64,000 nt of DNA from Octopus vulgaris (lineage: Eukaryota): NCBI GenBank assembly GCA_951406725.2, contig OX597818.1:147312001-147376000 (forward strand), given 5' to 3'. The notes under the pieces were generated by a model. It was not told where the DNA came from. It saw only the letters and a program-made list of their open reading frames with translations, and made no database searches. This document shows positions 12,190 to 23,888 of the stretch, piece by piece. A program made the position numbers and the translations under genes. How positions within the stretch are numbered: the stretch's first letter is position 1; each line of letters opens with the position of its first letter.

Positions 12190-12963
12190 GTAAACATTTT
12201 CACTCAGTATTTTTCTCATACACACATGTATACTGTCAAATCTACATCATGGATCTCTTTAATAACCTCTCATCTCTTTTAATAACCATTCCACAGCCCC
12301 TTGTCACTCATCCTGCTAACACATCTCTGTTATCAAACATCACTGTCAGTCACATGTCTATCACTCATACTGCTGTTACCCATGTTCCTAGGACCCATAC
12401 CTTTATCTCTTGTGTGCCTATTGCTCATCTCTCAATTTCACCCAGCCCTTTTCTCTCTGTTCATCATACAATGCCTCCACTTTAACTAACACTCCACCTC
12501 TTTTCGTTTTTGCTAGTCTTGTTCTCATAGCCATCTTAAGGCACGTGCTTAAGGGACTTCATCAAGTATGCATGCACTCCATACATTCCACCTTACATTC
12601 CCTCATTGACCGTCAACATTTATTCATCTTTTACTATCCATCATTACCCTCACCCCTATCGTTAGTGTTGGTGCCATAATAAAATGCAGTCAGTGCATTC
12701 TGTTAAGTGTGGTATCAAAAGGACCTCTTTAGTCTTGTTGGAGATGGAACAACCTCCCTAATACTGATGCCACAAAAAAATACTTGCAGTACACTCATTA
12801 ATGTGATTTTTGTTAGGAAGGACCTGTAGCTATAGAAAGCAAAGCAAAAATGAAACTTAAAAGTGAGGTGTCTGTTCCTCTGACTCCTCAGCATTGTAAC
12901 AACCAATCCAGTCCTTACCAGCATGAAAAGCAAACATAAAATAATGATGATCATAATGATATG

Positions 12964-12994
<31 letters not shown>

Positions 12995-13716
12995 TCTATA
13001 TTAACTATCCATCTTATCTCTTTGAGTCTGTGCATTCCTAATCTTTTGGAAGTGGATATTAACAATGATGTAGACTTTGTCTGTTGTGCAATCCAACAAT
13101 TTTGTTCTTAATTCTTGGGGTTCATGACTCAAATCTTTACAATGGCTATTTATTTCCTATGGGAAAAAATAAATTCAAAAGCCATTTCCTCTGCTTGCTG
13201 TGGATTAATTCATTGAAAAGACAAGTCATACTGTAAGAATAAAATGATTGCAGTCACCATACAATTTCTTCTGGCTCTACATTCTGAGTTCAAATACCTT
13301 ACCCCTTTTGGGATCAATAGAATAAGTACCAGTTGAGCACTGGAATCAATGTAACTGACTCACCCTCACTCCACCGAAGTTTTCAGACCATGTGCCTATG
13401 GTATAAAGGATTATTATTATAATAAGCACTTTACTATATGATTCTGAAAAAGCATATTGCCAGATGTATTATAATGTATATTTGTATTTGGATGACATTT
13501 GGACTGTGTGTTTTATGAGTTCAAATACCAACTGGGTTGACATTACATTTCATCATTTTTATGAAGATAAAGTATTATAAAAATATTAACAATTATATGT
13601 TGGTATTGTTGATTCAATCATCTGTCTACCTCTTTTTCGACAATATTAATCCCTTTACCTAATAAAAAAAACCCATTCTTTTTAGATTCAAAAGTAACTA
13701 AAATTTATCATTTCAG

Positions 13717-13818
13717 GAATCAAAGAACAATTTTCACCGTGGGAACCTGACCAATGTGAAGTGGATTTACTTTCCAAAAATAGAAAAAGGCTAAAAGTAG
13801 AAGACAACTCTACTATTG
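13717..13818 (+). CDS. USP22: USP22 exon 4 (GIKEQFSPWEPDQCEVDLLSKNRKRLKVEDNSTI), basic NLS-like stretch
   Basis: tttcag acceptor, G|GTAAGT donor; FSxWEP and KRxK match USP22; 102 nt, phase 1-1. Confidence 0.95.
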
Positions 13819-14875
13819 GTAAGTTGAAGGGTTAATTTTTTTCCATTTCTTTCAAAATTTAAACCTTTACATTCATCATTTTCTTTCACACTTTTGTCTA
13901 TCTTCATCCTTTCTTTGATTTGACCTCCTTTCTCACCCTCTTCCTCTCTCTCTCTCTTTTCTCCTTTTGTTTAATGAGTGAAGTTTATTTTTGTTTATTG
14001 CAATATTATGAGAGATTCAGCTAAGTAGTTTGATGGGGGAGGATGGACTATTGGCTGAAGGTTTGTTAGTTGATCTCCTGTCACCAGCACTATATTGTGT
14101 CTGTGGCAAAGACACTTCAACTTTTAATCACCCTGATCCATTTAGTGGTAAAGAGGCACCATATGGAGCTAGTTTCCTACTGTATAGGAAGCACATTTAA
14201 TCACTGTTTCAGTAAATTGCAATGTTGAACTCATTTTTCTTATGGCCAACAGCAAGCCTTTCTCTTGCATACCTTTCCTTGAATAAGAACTTGCAGATAA
14301 AGTCTTCACTGTTTTCCCCCAAGACATAATAGTTATAGTTTTATTGCATTAATACTCTTGAGGGAAAAACTTAAATGCCATAATTTTCTATTTTCTCTCT
14401 TACCACATCACATGAAGGCAAACTATTCTGTGCATACTTAGCTCTTTCATTGAGGAGCAGTGTATGATACCTGACCACATTATTCTGTTATTGTAGTCAT
14501 GTGTCTTAATCAGTTCTAAAGAAAAACAATTCTTTTATATATACTGTGTGCTGGTGTGATTTCTGTATTAGGTAATAAAATTCATGATTGTTGGTCAACT
14601 GGTACTGGTTTCAAAATGCTTGCCTACCCTTTGCCAATGACAGCTGAGTGTCAGAAACTAGTTTAAGACAGACCTAATTGGAGAAATTAGTTAAAACTGC
14701 AAGGTAAATGCATATGAAGCTACAAGTATTTCCACAACTTGTAGATAGGCCATTACCAGGGATTACCAACTTGATAGGTTATGGAATGTGTTTTTTCTTT
14801 TGCTTTTGCTGTTTGTTGTTCATGTTGATGATAATGATCCTTTTAAGATTTCCTTCTGTGGAATTTTTTTTATAG

Positions 14876-15048
14876 GTCTACGAGGTCTCATTAACCTGGG
14901 AAACACTTGTTTCATGAATTGTATTGTCCAAGCCCTGACGCACACACCAATTTTAAGGGACTTTTTTCTAGCTGATCAGCACGTCTGTCAAATGGATAGT
15001 GAAGCTCAAAAATGTCTGGTGTGTGAAATGTCTCGTCTTTTCCAGGAG
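14876..15048 (+). CDS. USP22: USP22 exon 5, Cys box ([25 protein letters not shown]...[12 protein letters not shown])
   Basis: Catalytic USP Cys box; tatag acceptor, GAG|GTAATG donor; phase 1 to 0. Confidence 0.98.
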
Positions 15049-18000
15049 GTAATGGTTTATTTTGCTAATCCATTAACTCAACAGCTGCAGGTTTCAAATA
15101 CTGACGTTGACATTGTGATGTTTTTGGAAGAAGATAATTTCTTTTATTCTACTATAAAGCTGTAAAATAGGTAGTATACAACTGGCAAGTTAATCTACAA
15201 CTAAACACTTTCTCATTTACATGTTATTTAACTCTGTTGATTACGTCCCTTCTTTTCATTATTTTAATCAAAGATACATACTAGCTTCAAAAACAACCAC
15301 CCATTCCTTCCTTTTCGTTTTTTCTGCAAAGCCCATAACTGAGCTCAGATCCTATGGGGAAACCTCTTCTCAATAGAAACAGAGCAATGGCTCCCTAGCT
15401 TATTTTGTTATGGAACCCTTATACAGTTTTCTCAAAATCACAAAACTGTGTGGAAATATGTCATAAATATAAAGTGTTCGTGATACTCTGTAAAAGAGTT
15501 TGAACACTCTGGACAACCACTGTTATTCTGACATTAAACAAAACAAAAATTGTTTGAGTTTGAAGGAATTTATCTGGATAAAAAGAAACTTAACTAACTT
15601 CTTATTTTGAAAATGGTGTAAATCAATTTTTTTTCATAAAATACATTTTTATTGAATTTTATCAAGGTATTTCCCTCATGTTGCAAAACTCCAGGATTTT
15701 TTCATGGAGTGCTGGGATTCAAAGAAGGTCATATGAAGAAATAGTGTCATAGAGGGCCCTATGCAACAAACAGCCTCATTTATTAATTACGTTTTCTCTG
15801 ATAAAAAAAAGTTGAGGGTAGAAGATTTTACCATGCTACAGACATTGATTTGGAGGACATTACAAATGTCAACTAGAGACCAGCATTTAGTATACACAGT
15901 CAGTGTGTGTAAAACCGGATTACCAGGAAACCAGTATTTTGGGACTGTGGTGCTGGTGTTGGTGGTGTTAATGTTGACTAGAGCAATACAGAATTGAACT
16001 GAGTGCATTACAGTTGACATTTAGCTTTATCTTCCTTGATTCAGAATTCATGTTCTATTTGGGATGTTTTAAAAAGTGCCAATAATCTTTCGTTCCTTCA
16101 TTCATTTTATATTCATTTTCCTATGCTGGCATACAAATGATACTTATTTGAGACAGTATTTTATGATTGGCTACTTTTCCTATCTCCAACCCTTACAAGT
16201 AAGGGATTTTTATTCCACTATTTTCAAAGCAAGAACTACATCAACAATGTATGCATGACAGCACCTTTTCTTTGCTCAGATGGCCTCATGTAAAGAAAGC
16301 AAATGATGACATGCACAGATTATTACAAACACACACACACACACACACTCATGTATGATGTGCTTCCGTTTGGTTTCTGTTTTCCAATTCCACTTACAAA
16401 GTATTAGTCAGCCTGAGGCAATAGAGAAGGTAGGCTTTCTTAACCACACAGCCATAACTACACCTACTATACATTATATATTAACTATTAATTCACTCAA
16501 TTATTTCTTCCATACTGTGTAAAAGTAGTTGTGGCTTTCCAAGCAGTAGTTTTATCTTTCTAAATTCTGTTTGAAGTCCACCATAATTTCCACATAGCCA
16601 TTTACTCTGCTAGAAAAGAGACACATATATACCCTAGAGTCAGTTCATTCATTATAAATCATTTCTCCAAAATTGTGGCTTTGTAAAAAAAAATATAGGA
16701 TATCAGTGTTATGCTGAAGGCAAATTTGTTTTTATATGCTTTTTATTTCTTTAATACTGACATGAATTTGAGGAAACTTCATTGAGGCAGTATTCTGCAG
16801 CTGGATGCTCTTCCTGTCTATCAAGTAGGGTATTTTATTCTGCATTTTTATATGTTGAAATGCTGCAGGACATTTTGTTAAGGAATGACATAATATCACT
16901 ACTGCCTAAGCTGTATCAGTGGGAAGACGTGTAGACATACACACATATATATACATGTCTTTTATTTTTATTTGGACTTACTGCCCACCTAGGTTAGTTT
17001 GTAGAACATAACATTGCATTTTAACAGCTGAATCCCTTTCCTAACACCAACCGCTTTACAGAATGTACTTGAAGTATTTTATTATGGTATCAATACTTGA
17101 AAAATTTCTTGTCATGCCTTTGACAGGACTAAAAGGTTCCCCAAACCTTTTACTGTCTCTACTTGATCTGTAACCATTTAACAGCAACTTCTATGTATAT
17201 ACAACAGGAAGTTTACATACATTTTTTCATCATCATCATCATCCTTTAACACTCATTTTCCATGTTGACATGGGTTAGACAGTTCGACCAGAGCTGGCAA
17301 GCCAGAGTGTTGCACACTGAGTTTCAGTATGACATTGGTTAACCCAAGGGTATGGTAGAAGACATTTGCTTAAAGTGTCACACAACAGACTCAAACCTGA
17401 GACCCAATGGTTGTGAAGTGAATTGTATAGCCATGCAAGCATGCCTGTGCTTATAGCCATTCTCTGATAATTCCTCCTAGATTTACAAAATTAAGCATTA
17501 TTTTAGACAACATTTAGAGTTTCTTAGTTTTGGCTCTCTCCTGGATGATGTCATAATTTAATATTGCCCACATTGAAATATCCTTTTTAATATTTTTTCC
17601 AGTATTCTAATTTATTCCTCAAATACTTATACCTAATCCTGCCAATGTTGATTTTTGTCTTTCGACCCTCTAGAAGCAATAAAATAAGCACCAGTTAGTC
17701 ACTTTAAGATCAGTTAACTCTGCCCACAAAAACTGGCTGTGTGCTTTAGACAAAACAAAGTATTGCCTTAAAACTAAAGATAATGTAATTTTAATTTCCT
17801 AATATCCTCAAGAATGGTATGATCATCACACAATCTGATAATCCTATGTAAGAATTTATTATTTATTCACTTCAATTTATTGTATGTATTTTATCACTTG
17901 GTATGTTATCATTAAAATATACGGTACATGAGAAGTTATGACCAACATGATATATGGAGTTACAGATGTAAAAGTCAAGTATTAAAAGAGATAGAACATG

Positions 18001-18065
18001 TAACAAAATATGTCTTTTTATTGGAATATTATGGAGATAATGTTCTACAAAGAATGTTATTATTA

Positions 18066-18640
18066 GGGTAATGGATTGGCTGAATTGTTAGAGCATTGGA
18101 AAAAATGCCTTGCAGTATTTGTTCCAGCTCTTTACATTCTGGGTTCAAATCCCACTGAGGTCAATTTTTGCCTTTCATTCCTCTAGGGTCAATAAAATAA
18201 AGTACCTGACAAGTTCTGGAATCAGTGTAATAGACTAATCTTCTGCCTCAAATTTCAGGCTTTGTTCCATTGCTAAAAACAATTATTAGGGTAGTAGATT
18301 GGCAAAATTGTTAGTGTTAGGGGGGAAAAATGCCTTGCAGTATTTTTTTCCAGTTCTTTATGTTTTGAGTTTGAATCCTGTCAGGCCAACATTGTCTTTT
18401 ATCCTTCAGGGGTTGATAAAATAGATACCAGTTAACTACTACTGTTGATTTAATCTCTTAGTCTCTCCCAAATTTCTGATCTTGTACCTATGTAAGAAAT
18501 TACCTGTATTAAAGTTGTGGATAGCCGGAGTAATTGAACACTAAACAAAATATCAAGTGCTTCCTTTTATATTCTAAATTACAATACTCCTAACTTTGAT
18601 TTTGCTTTTCGTCCTGATAAGGTTGAGTAAAACACAGTCA
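18066..18640 (+). mobile_element. Three tandem, decayed copies of a second tRNA-derived SINE family
   Basis: Repeated units aattgttag...aaaatgccttgcagtattt...gggttcaaatccc...gcctttcat...gggtcaataaaata at about 18066, 18288 and 18520. Confidence 0.65.
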
Positions 18641-19126
18641 AAATGTGTGGTCTTATACCTATACACATTTTGACTTGTTTCAGTCATTGCATTGTGGCTG
18701 TGCTGAAGTAATACCTTTAAATTATACAAATCACCCCAGTACTTTTTTGCTGGTCCATTAAGGTACAGGGAGATAAACAAACAGCTCCAGTTGTCAAGTG
18801 CAGGAGTTGGGAAAGACAAGACACACTCTCTCTCTCTCTCTCTCTCTCTCATACACACACACACACACAATTATATACAACAGGCTTCCACACATACTTC
18901 CAGCTACCAAATTCACTTAAAAGGCATTGGTCAACCTGTGGCTTTAGTAGAAGACACTTGCCCAAGGTGTCACACATTTAAACTACAAGTTTCCAAAGTG
19001 AACTTCTTAACCACACAGCTATGCTTGTGTCTACATTAGTAGCAATTATTATTTAAAACGTTAGAAAGTATTGCAGTAACAAATATTGCAAAAGATTATT
19101 ATTGTAATTCCTTTGCTGTATTTCAG

Positions 19127-19274
19127 TTTTATTCTGGTAATCGTGCACCACACATACCATACCGTCTGTTACATCTGGTGTGGACAAATGCTCGACATCT
19201 TGCTGGCTATGAGCAGCAAGATGCCCATGAATTCCTCATAGCCGCATTAGACGTCTTACATCGACACTGTAAAG
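19127..19274 (+). CDS. USP22: USP22 exon 6 ([49 protein letters not shown])
   Basis: QQDAHEF box; tttcag acceptor, G|GTAAAC donor; phase 0 to 1. Confidence 0.98.
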
Positions 19275-20204
19275 GTAAACATGTACACCTTACTTTCATG
19301 CTTTTCTTGATTGTGTTATAACCTCTCAAAATGTATATTTTTCATGAATCACTGCACTTCCTAAACAAATCAAATTTCCTCTTAAGAGATGAACCTATTA
19401 ACTTAATAAATTATTTCATGATGCTGATGTGTTTCAGTAACACATGCTGAAATGATCCAAGTAGATGTAACTAACATGTGTTAGAAGCAATAAAAGTTTA
19501 TTGATTTAAAGTATATACTATTTATTGATTATATTGAAAAGATGAAGTAGTAGTTGATGTGAATTAAATCAATGACTGTGTCACATATACACATCAGTGG
19601 CTCTTACTTTAAAGGTATCCATTAAAACTAAAAAGAAATCTGGAATAATACCTCTCCAAGAAGCAAGTGTTATTATTTTGATATTATTATTCCTAAATTT
19701 GAAATCATTATCATTTTAGGAGAGTGTGGTGCATTACAGTATTTAATCTCGTGTATCTTCATTCTGAGTCCAACTACCACTGTCATCAATTTGCACTTTC
19801 ATCCCTTTGCGGGTTGATAATTTAAATGATAACTAAAATATCTGTAAACCTCAAACTGCTAAGTTGATGCATTACTAAACAACGAGCTAAGAGTTGCTGG
19901 CTCACTCCCTTTTCCCATCACTGTGTTGTGACAGACTCCCTAATTAAGTATTGAAGGTGGTATACTTCAGACTGGCAGCACAATAGTTCATTGTCTCCCA
20001 GGGCTGAGTTCAGTTCCTCCTTTAGAAAAAACTTCCTACAATATCCACTATCATATCGAAAAGGCTTAGATTCTGTAGGAATCATAATTTAGTAATTATC
20101 TTATTCTTGTGAGCAAGACAAGATCATACTTAGTAATAGGGTCGGTTTAATTATCTTTAATCCTTTCTCCCATAGACTTATAACATTCTTCTTCTCTTTT
20201 ACAG

Positions 20205-20307
20205 GAACCAATGGTATCTCTTATAACAATCCTCATCACTGCAACTGTATCATCGATCAAATATTTACGGGTGGTTTGCAGTCAGATGTTACATGTCAAG
20301 AGTGCAA
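20205..20307 (+). CDS. USP22: USP22 exon 7 ([34 protein letters not shown])
   Basis: [19 protein letters not shown] as in USP22; ttttacag acceptor, AA|GTATGT donor; phase 1 to 2. Confidence 0.97.
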
Positions 20308-20908
20308 GTATGTTCTCTAGATATCTTTTCTATATTAACAGTTATGCAAATACATGTATGAACTGGACATCACTTGTATGAAGTATTGTTTTCAATAGTT
20401 AGATTATGTTCACTGAGAGTAAGTAATCAATGAAATACTGAGAGCATGTCATCTTCACATACCTATCACCTGCTACTGCAAAATATTTTTGTTCATAATT
20501 TTGAAAAAATGATGTTCATTTTTATTTAAAGTTTTAGTGAAAATATTACTGATGGACTTAGCAAGAAATGCCAGAATGTCAGAATTGTTAGAGCAACAAG
20601 CAAAATACCTTGCAATATTTGTTTCAGCTCTTTGTATTTTGAGTTCATTTGTGACAACAGTCAGTAGCTCATGATTTTCTCTTGGCCATCAAAGTGGCGT
20701 GGAAGGGGAAGGCAATACTGGGTTAAATACCATATTAAATTACATGTCTCTATGTCCTAGATTCAAACCTGAATGGAGTTGTTTTTAATCCTTCCTGTTC
20801 ATTAGAATTATTAACAGATACTTACTGGGATAGATTCAAGTGACTATACTTCTCTCCTGCAAACTTGTGATCTTGTGTCAATGAGAAAAACCTTACTTAA
20901 GTTGGGTA

Positions 20909-22648
20909 GCAGTTTGTTTTTGTGCCAGGTAGAAGCACCACTGATGCTATATTTCTGGTAAGGCAACTTGAAGAGAAATACCGAGCCAAAGATAAACCTC
21001 TGTACTTGGCTTTTGTTGACTAGGAGAAAGCTTTTGACTGAGTACCCAGATCCCTTATCTGGTGGTCAATGCAGAAACTAGGGATAGACGAGTGGTTGAT
21101 GAGAGCTGTACAAGAGACACTACCAGTAAGGTGAGGATGGGCAACGAGTACAGCAAAGAATTCAGGGTACTAGTAGGGGTTCACCAAGGATCTGTGCTCA
21201 GCCCCGCGCTTTTTCATCATAGACCTTCAGGCAATAACAGAGGAATTCAAGACAGGCTGCCCCTGGGAGCTCCTATATGCTGATGACCTTATTCTTATAG
21301 CTGAACCAGAGAAGAAGTTCAAAGTATGGAAGCAAGGTCTAAAATCAAAGGGCCTTAGAGTCAACCTAGCAAAAACCAAAGTCATAGTAAGTAGGAAAGC
21401 AGACAAATCACAAATCTCTTCAGGTAGATGGCCCTGCTCAATGTGTAGAAAAAGTGTAGAAACTCCATAAGATGTACCCAATGTAAGGTTTGGACACATA
21501 AAAGGTGCAGCAACATCAGGGGAAGGTTAACAGAGAAACTAACTTTTGTATGTGGAAGGTGCACAGGTTCAAAGAACACTGAAAATGCACAGAAGATAGA
21601 CTCCATCAACTGACCGAGGGTGGGGTGGAGCTACAGCTAGTAGATAGCTTTCGTTATCTAGATGACCACGTTAGTAGTGAAGATGGATTCTCCAAGAGCG
21701 TAGCTGTGAGAATAAGATTAGGCTGAGCAAAGTTCAGTGAGCTCCTATCCCTACTTGCGACAAAGGGCCTCTCTCTCAGAGTGAAAGATAGATTGTTTGA
21801 TGCCAGTGTGTGTGAACAGCTATGCTGCATGGCAGTGAAACATGGGCTACGACAGCCAAGGACATGCGTAGGCTCAAGAGAAATTAAGCCAGTATGTTTC
21901 ACTGGATGTGCAATGTCAGTGTGCATGTTCAACAGTGTAAGCATCTTGTGAGAAAAGTTAGGCATAAGAGGAATCAGATGTGGTGTGCAAGAAAGACGAC
22001 TGCACCAGTATGGTCATGTGATGCATATGGACGAGGACAGCAGTGTAAAGAAGTGCCAATCTCTAACTATGGAGAGAACCCATAGTAGACCCAGGAAGAC
22101 ATGGGATGAGGTGGTGAAGCATGATCTTCGAACTTTGAGCCTCACAGAGGCAATGACTGGTGACTGAGATCTTTGGCGATGTTCTGTGCTTGAGAGGACC
22201 TGTCAAGTCAAGTGCACCCATGCTGGTGACACGTAAAGAACTTCTTTTGAACATTGGGCCTCACGGAGGCAAAGTGACTGAGTTCCTCTCGAGTGTTGAG
22301 CCTGATGGAGGCAAAGTGACTAAGTTTATTTTGAGTGTTGGGCTTGATGGAGGCAAAGTGGCTGAGTTCCTTTCAAGTGTTAGGCCTCACAGAGGCAAGG
22401 TGGCTGAGTTCCATTTGAATGTTGGGCCTCATGGAGGCAATGACCAAGACAGTTGGCATTATATCATACTTGAGAAGAAGACTTATCAAGCCAAGCAAAA
22501 TTGCAGTTGTGGCATATAAAAGCACCCATTACACTCTTGGAGTGGTTGGTGTTAGGAAGGGCATCCAGCCATAGAAAACCATGCCAAATCTGACTGGAGT
22601 TTGGTGCAGCATGCCAGCATGGACAACAGACATTAAATGATGATGATT
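20909..22648 (+). mobile_element. RTE-clade LINE, 5'-truncated and decayed (RT, PHD-like finger, 3' UTR, (TGA)n tail), in USP22 intron 7
   Basis: Homologous to the 39033-42522 copy: GVHQGSVLSP, ELLYADD, WPCSMC, TWDEVVKHDLR; contains stops and frameshifts. Confidence 0.92.
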
Positions 22649-23637
22649 GATTAAATGAATTGCAGTATTTAGGTTTGTTTCTCTACATTCTGAGTTCAAA
22701 TCCCAATAAGATATCCACCCAAAACTAATGACATCCTGGTTTCAGAATAGGTATGTCTTGTCACTTATGTCATAAGAGGCAACTGAAAGAGTTCAAGATT
22801 GGAAGGTTATCCAGCTGTAAAACATTGCCTTAGAAAACTTGTCCAAACCAGGGCAGCATGGAAAGTCAGGTATGTAATTAGTGGTAGATTTGTTTGTGTG
22901 ATTAATAGTTTGTTTCACAACCATATGGTTCAGAGTTCAGTCCCACCGCATGACATATTGGTCTTGTGGATTCTGTTATTGCCTTTTGAGTGAAATATGA
23001 TTAGAAGAAACTATCCAGAAACCTGTAATGTTTGTGTGTATATCTTTCAATGAGAAAACTTATGAACTGATGCTTTCAAATACCTTGTGGTACTGTTCCC
23101 ATCAGTTATGAAAGCGATCTCTTATCACTCTTACCATTGTAGGACTAGTTGGCCCATTGTGAATCTGGATTCAACAACACTTAGTTAACAAGAAAATTGG
23201 TTTCTTTTCTCTCCAGGATACAAACCTGGGCCAAGTATGTTATGGCAGACTAGTAGTTGCTTATGCTGCTGGCCTTCCTTCTCTATGCCACCAATGGTGT
23301 CCAAGAGAATGCCAAAAGTCACAAGTGAACAACAAATACAAAGAGCTGACTAAGACATTTTATCCAATGTTTAACAATTTTGCCAATCCACTGATTGTTT
23401 TGTGGAGTAATGGAATAGAAGACACTGTTTCATTTTTGTGATTTGTCATTATGCTTAACATATAAGCTTGCAGCAGCAGACATAATTGCTAATTCAGTTT
23501 CAGATTTCAATAACACTCCTGGCTCTCATTCTTTGTTTCATGGAAATGCTAGAATTATACATTCTATTGGTATTTAACCCCTAATTTTAAAAATTATATT
23601 ATTGTAGTTAAATATGTCATTTTTCTTTTCTTTTCAG

Positions 23638-23888
23638 TAATGTTTCCACCACAATCGATCCTATCTGGGACATATCTTTAGATCTGGGCCCTGGACCTCC
23701 TTGCAGCATCCCAACTGCAGCCCCAAGCAGTAATAACAATAATAACAGTAATAACAACAGTAACACCAACAACAATACTAACACCACAACAAGCACCACA
23801 AACACAACAACTAACACCACCTCTGGTTGCAGTTCAAACAATACCACTTCAAATAGCAACAATGGTTCAGCTAATTCTCCAAGTTCAA
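23638..23888 (+). CDS. USP22: USP22 exon 8 (NVSTTIDPIWDISLDL plus an N/T/S-rich low-complexity insert)
   Basis: VSTTIDPxWDISLDL motif; long pyrimidine tract + cag, A|GTAAGT donor; open through the insert; phase 2 to 1. Confidence 0.94.
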
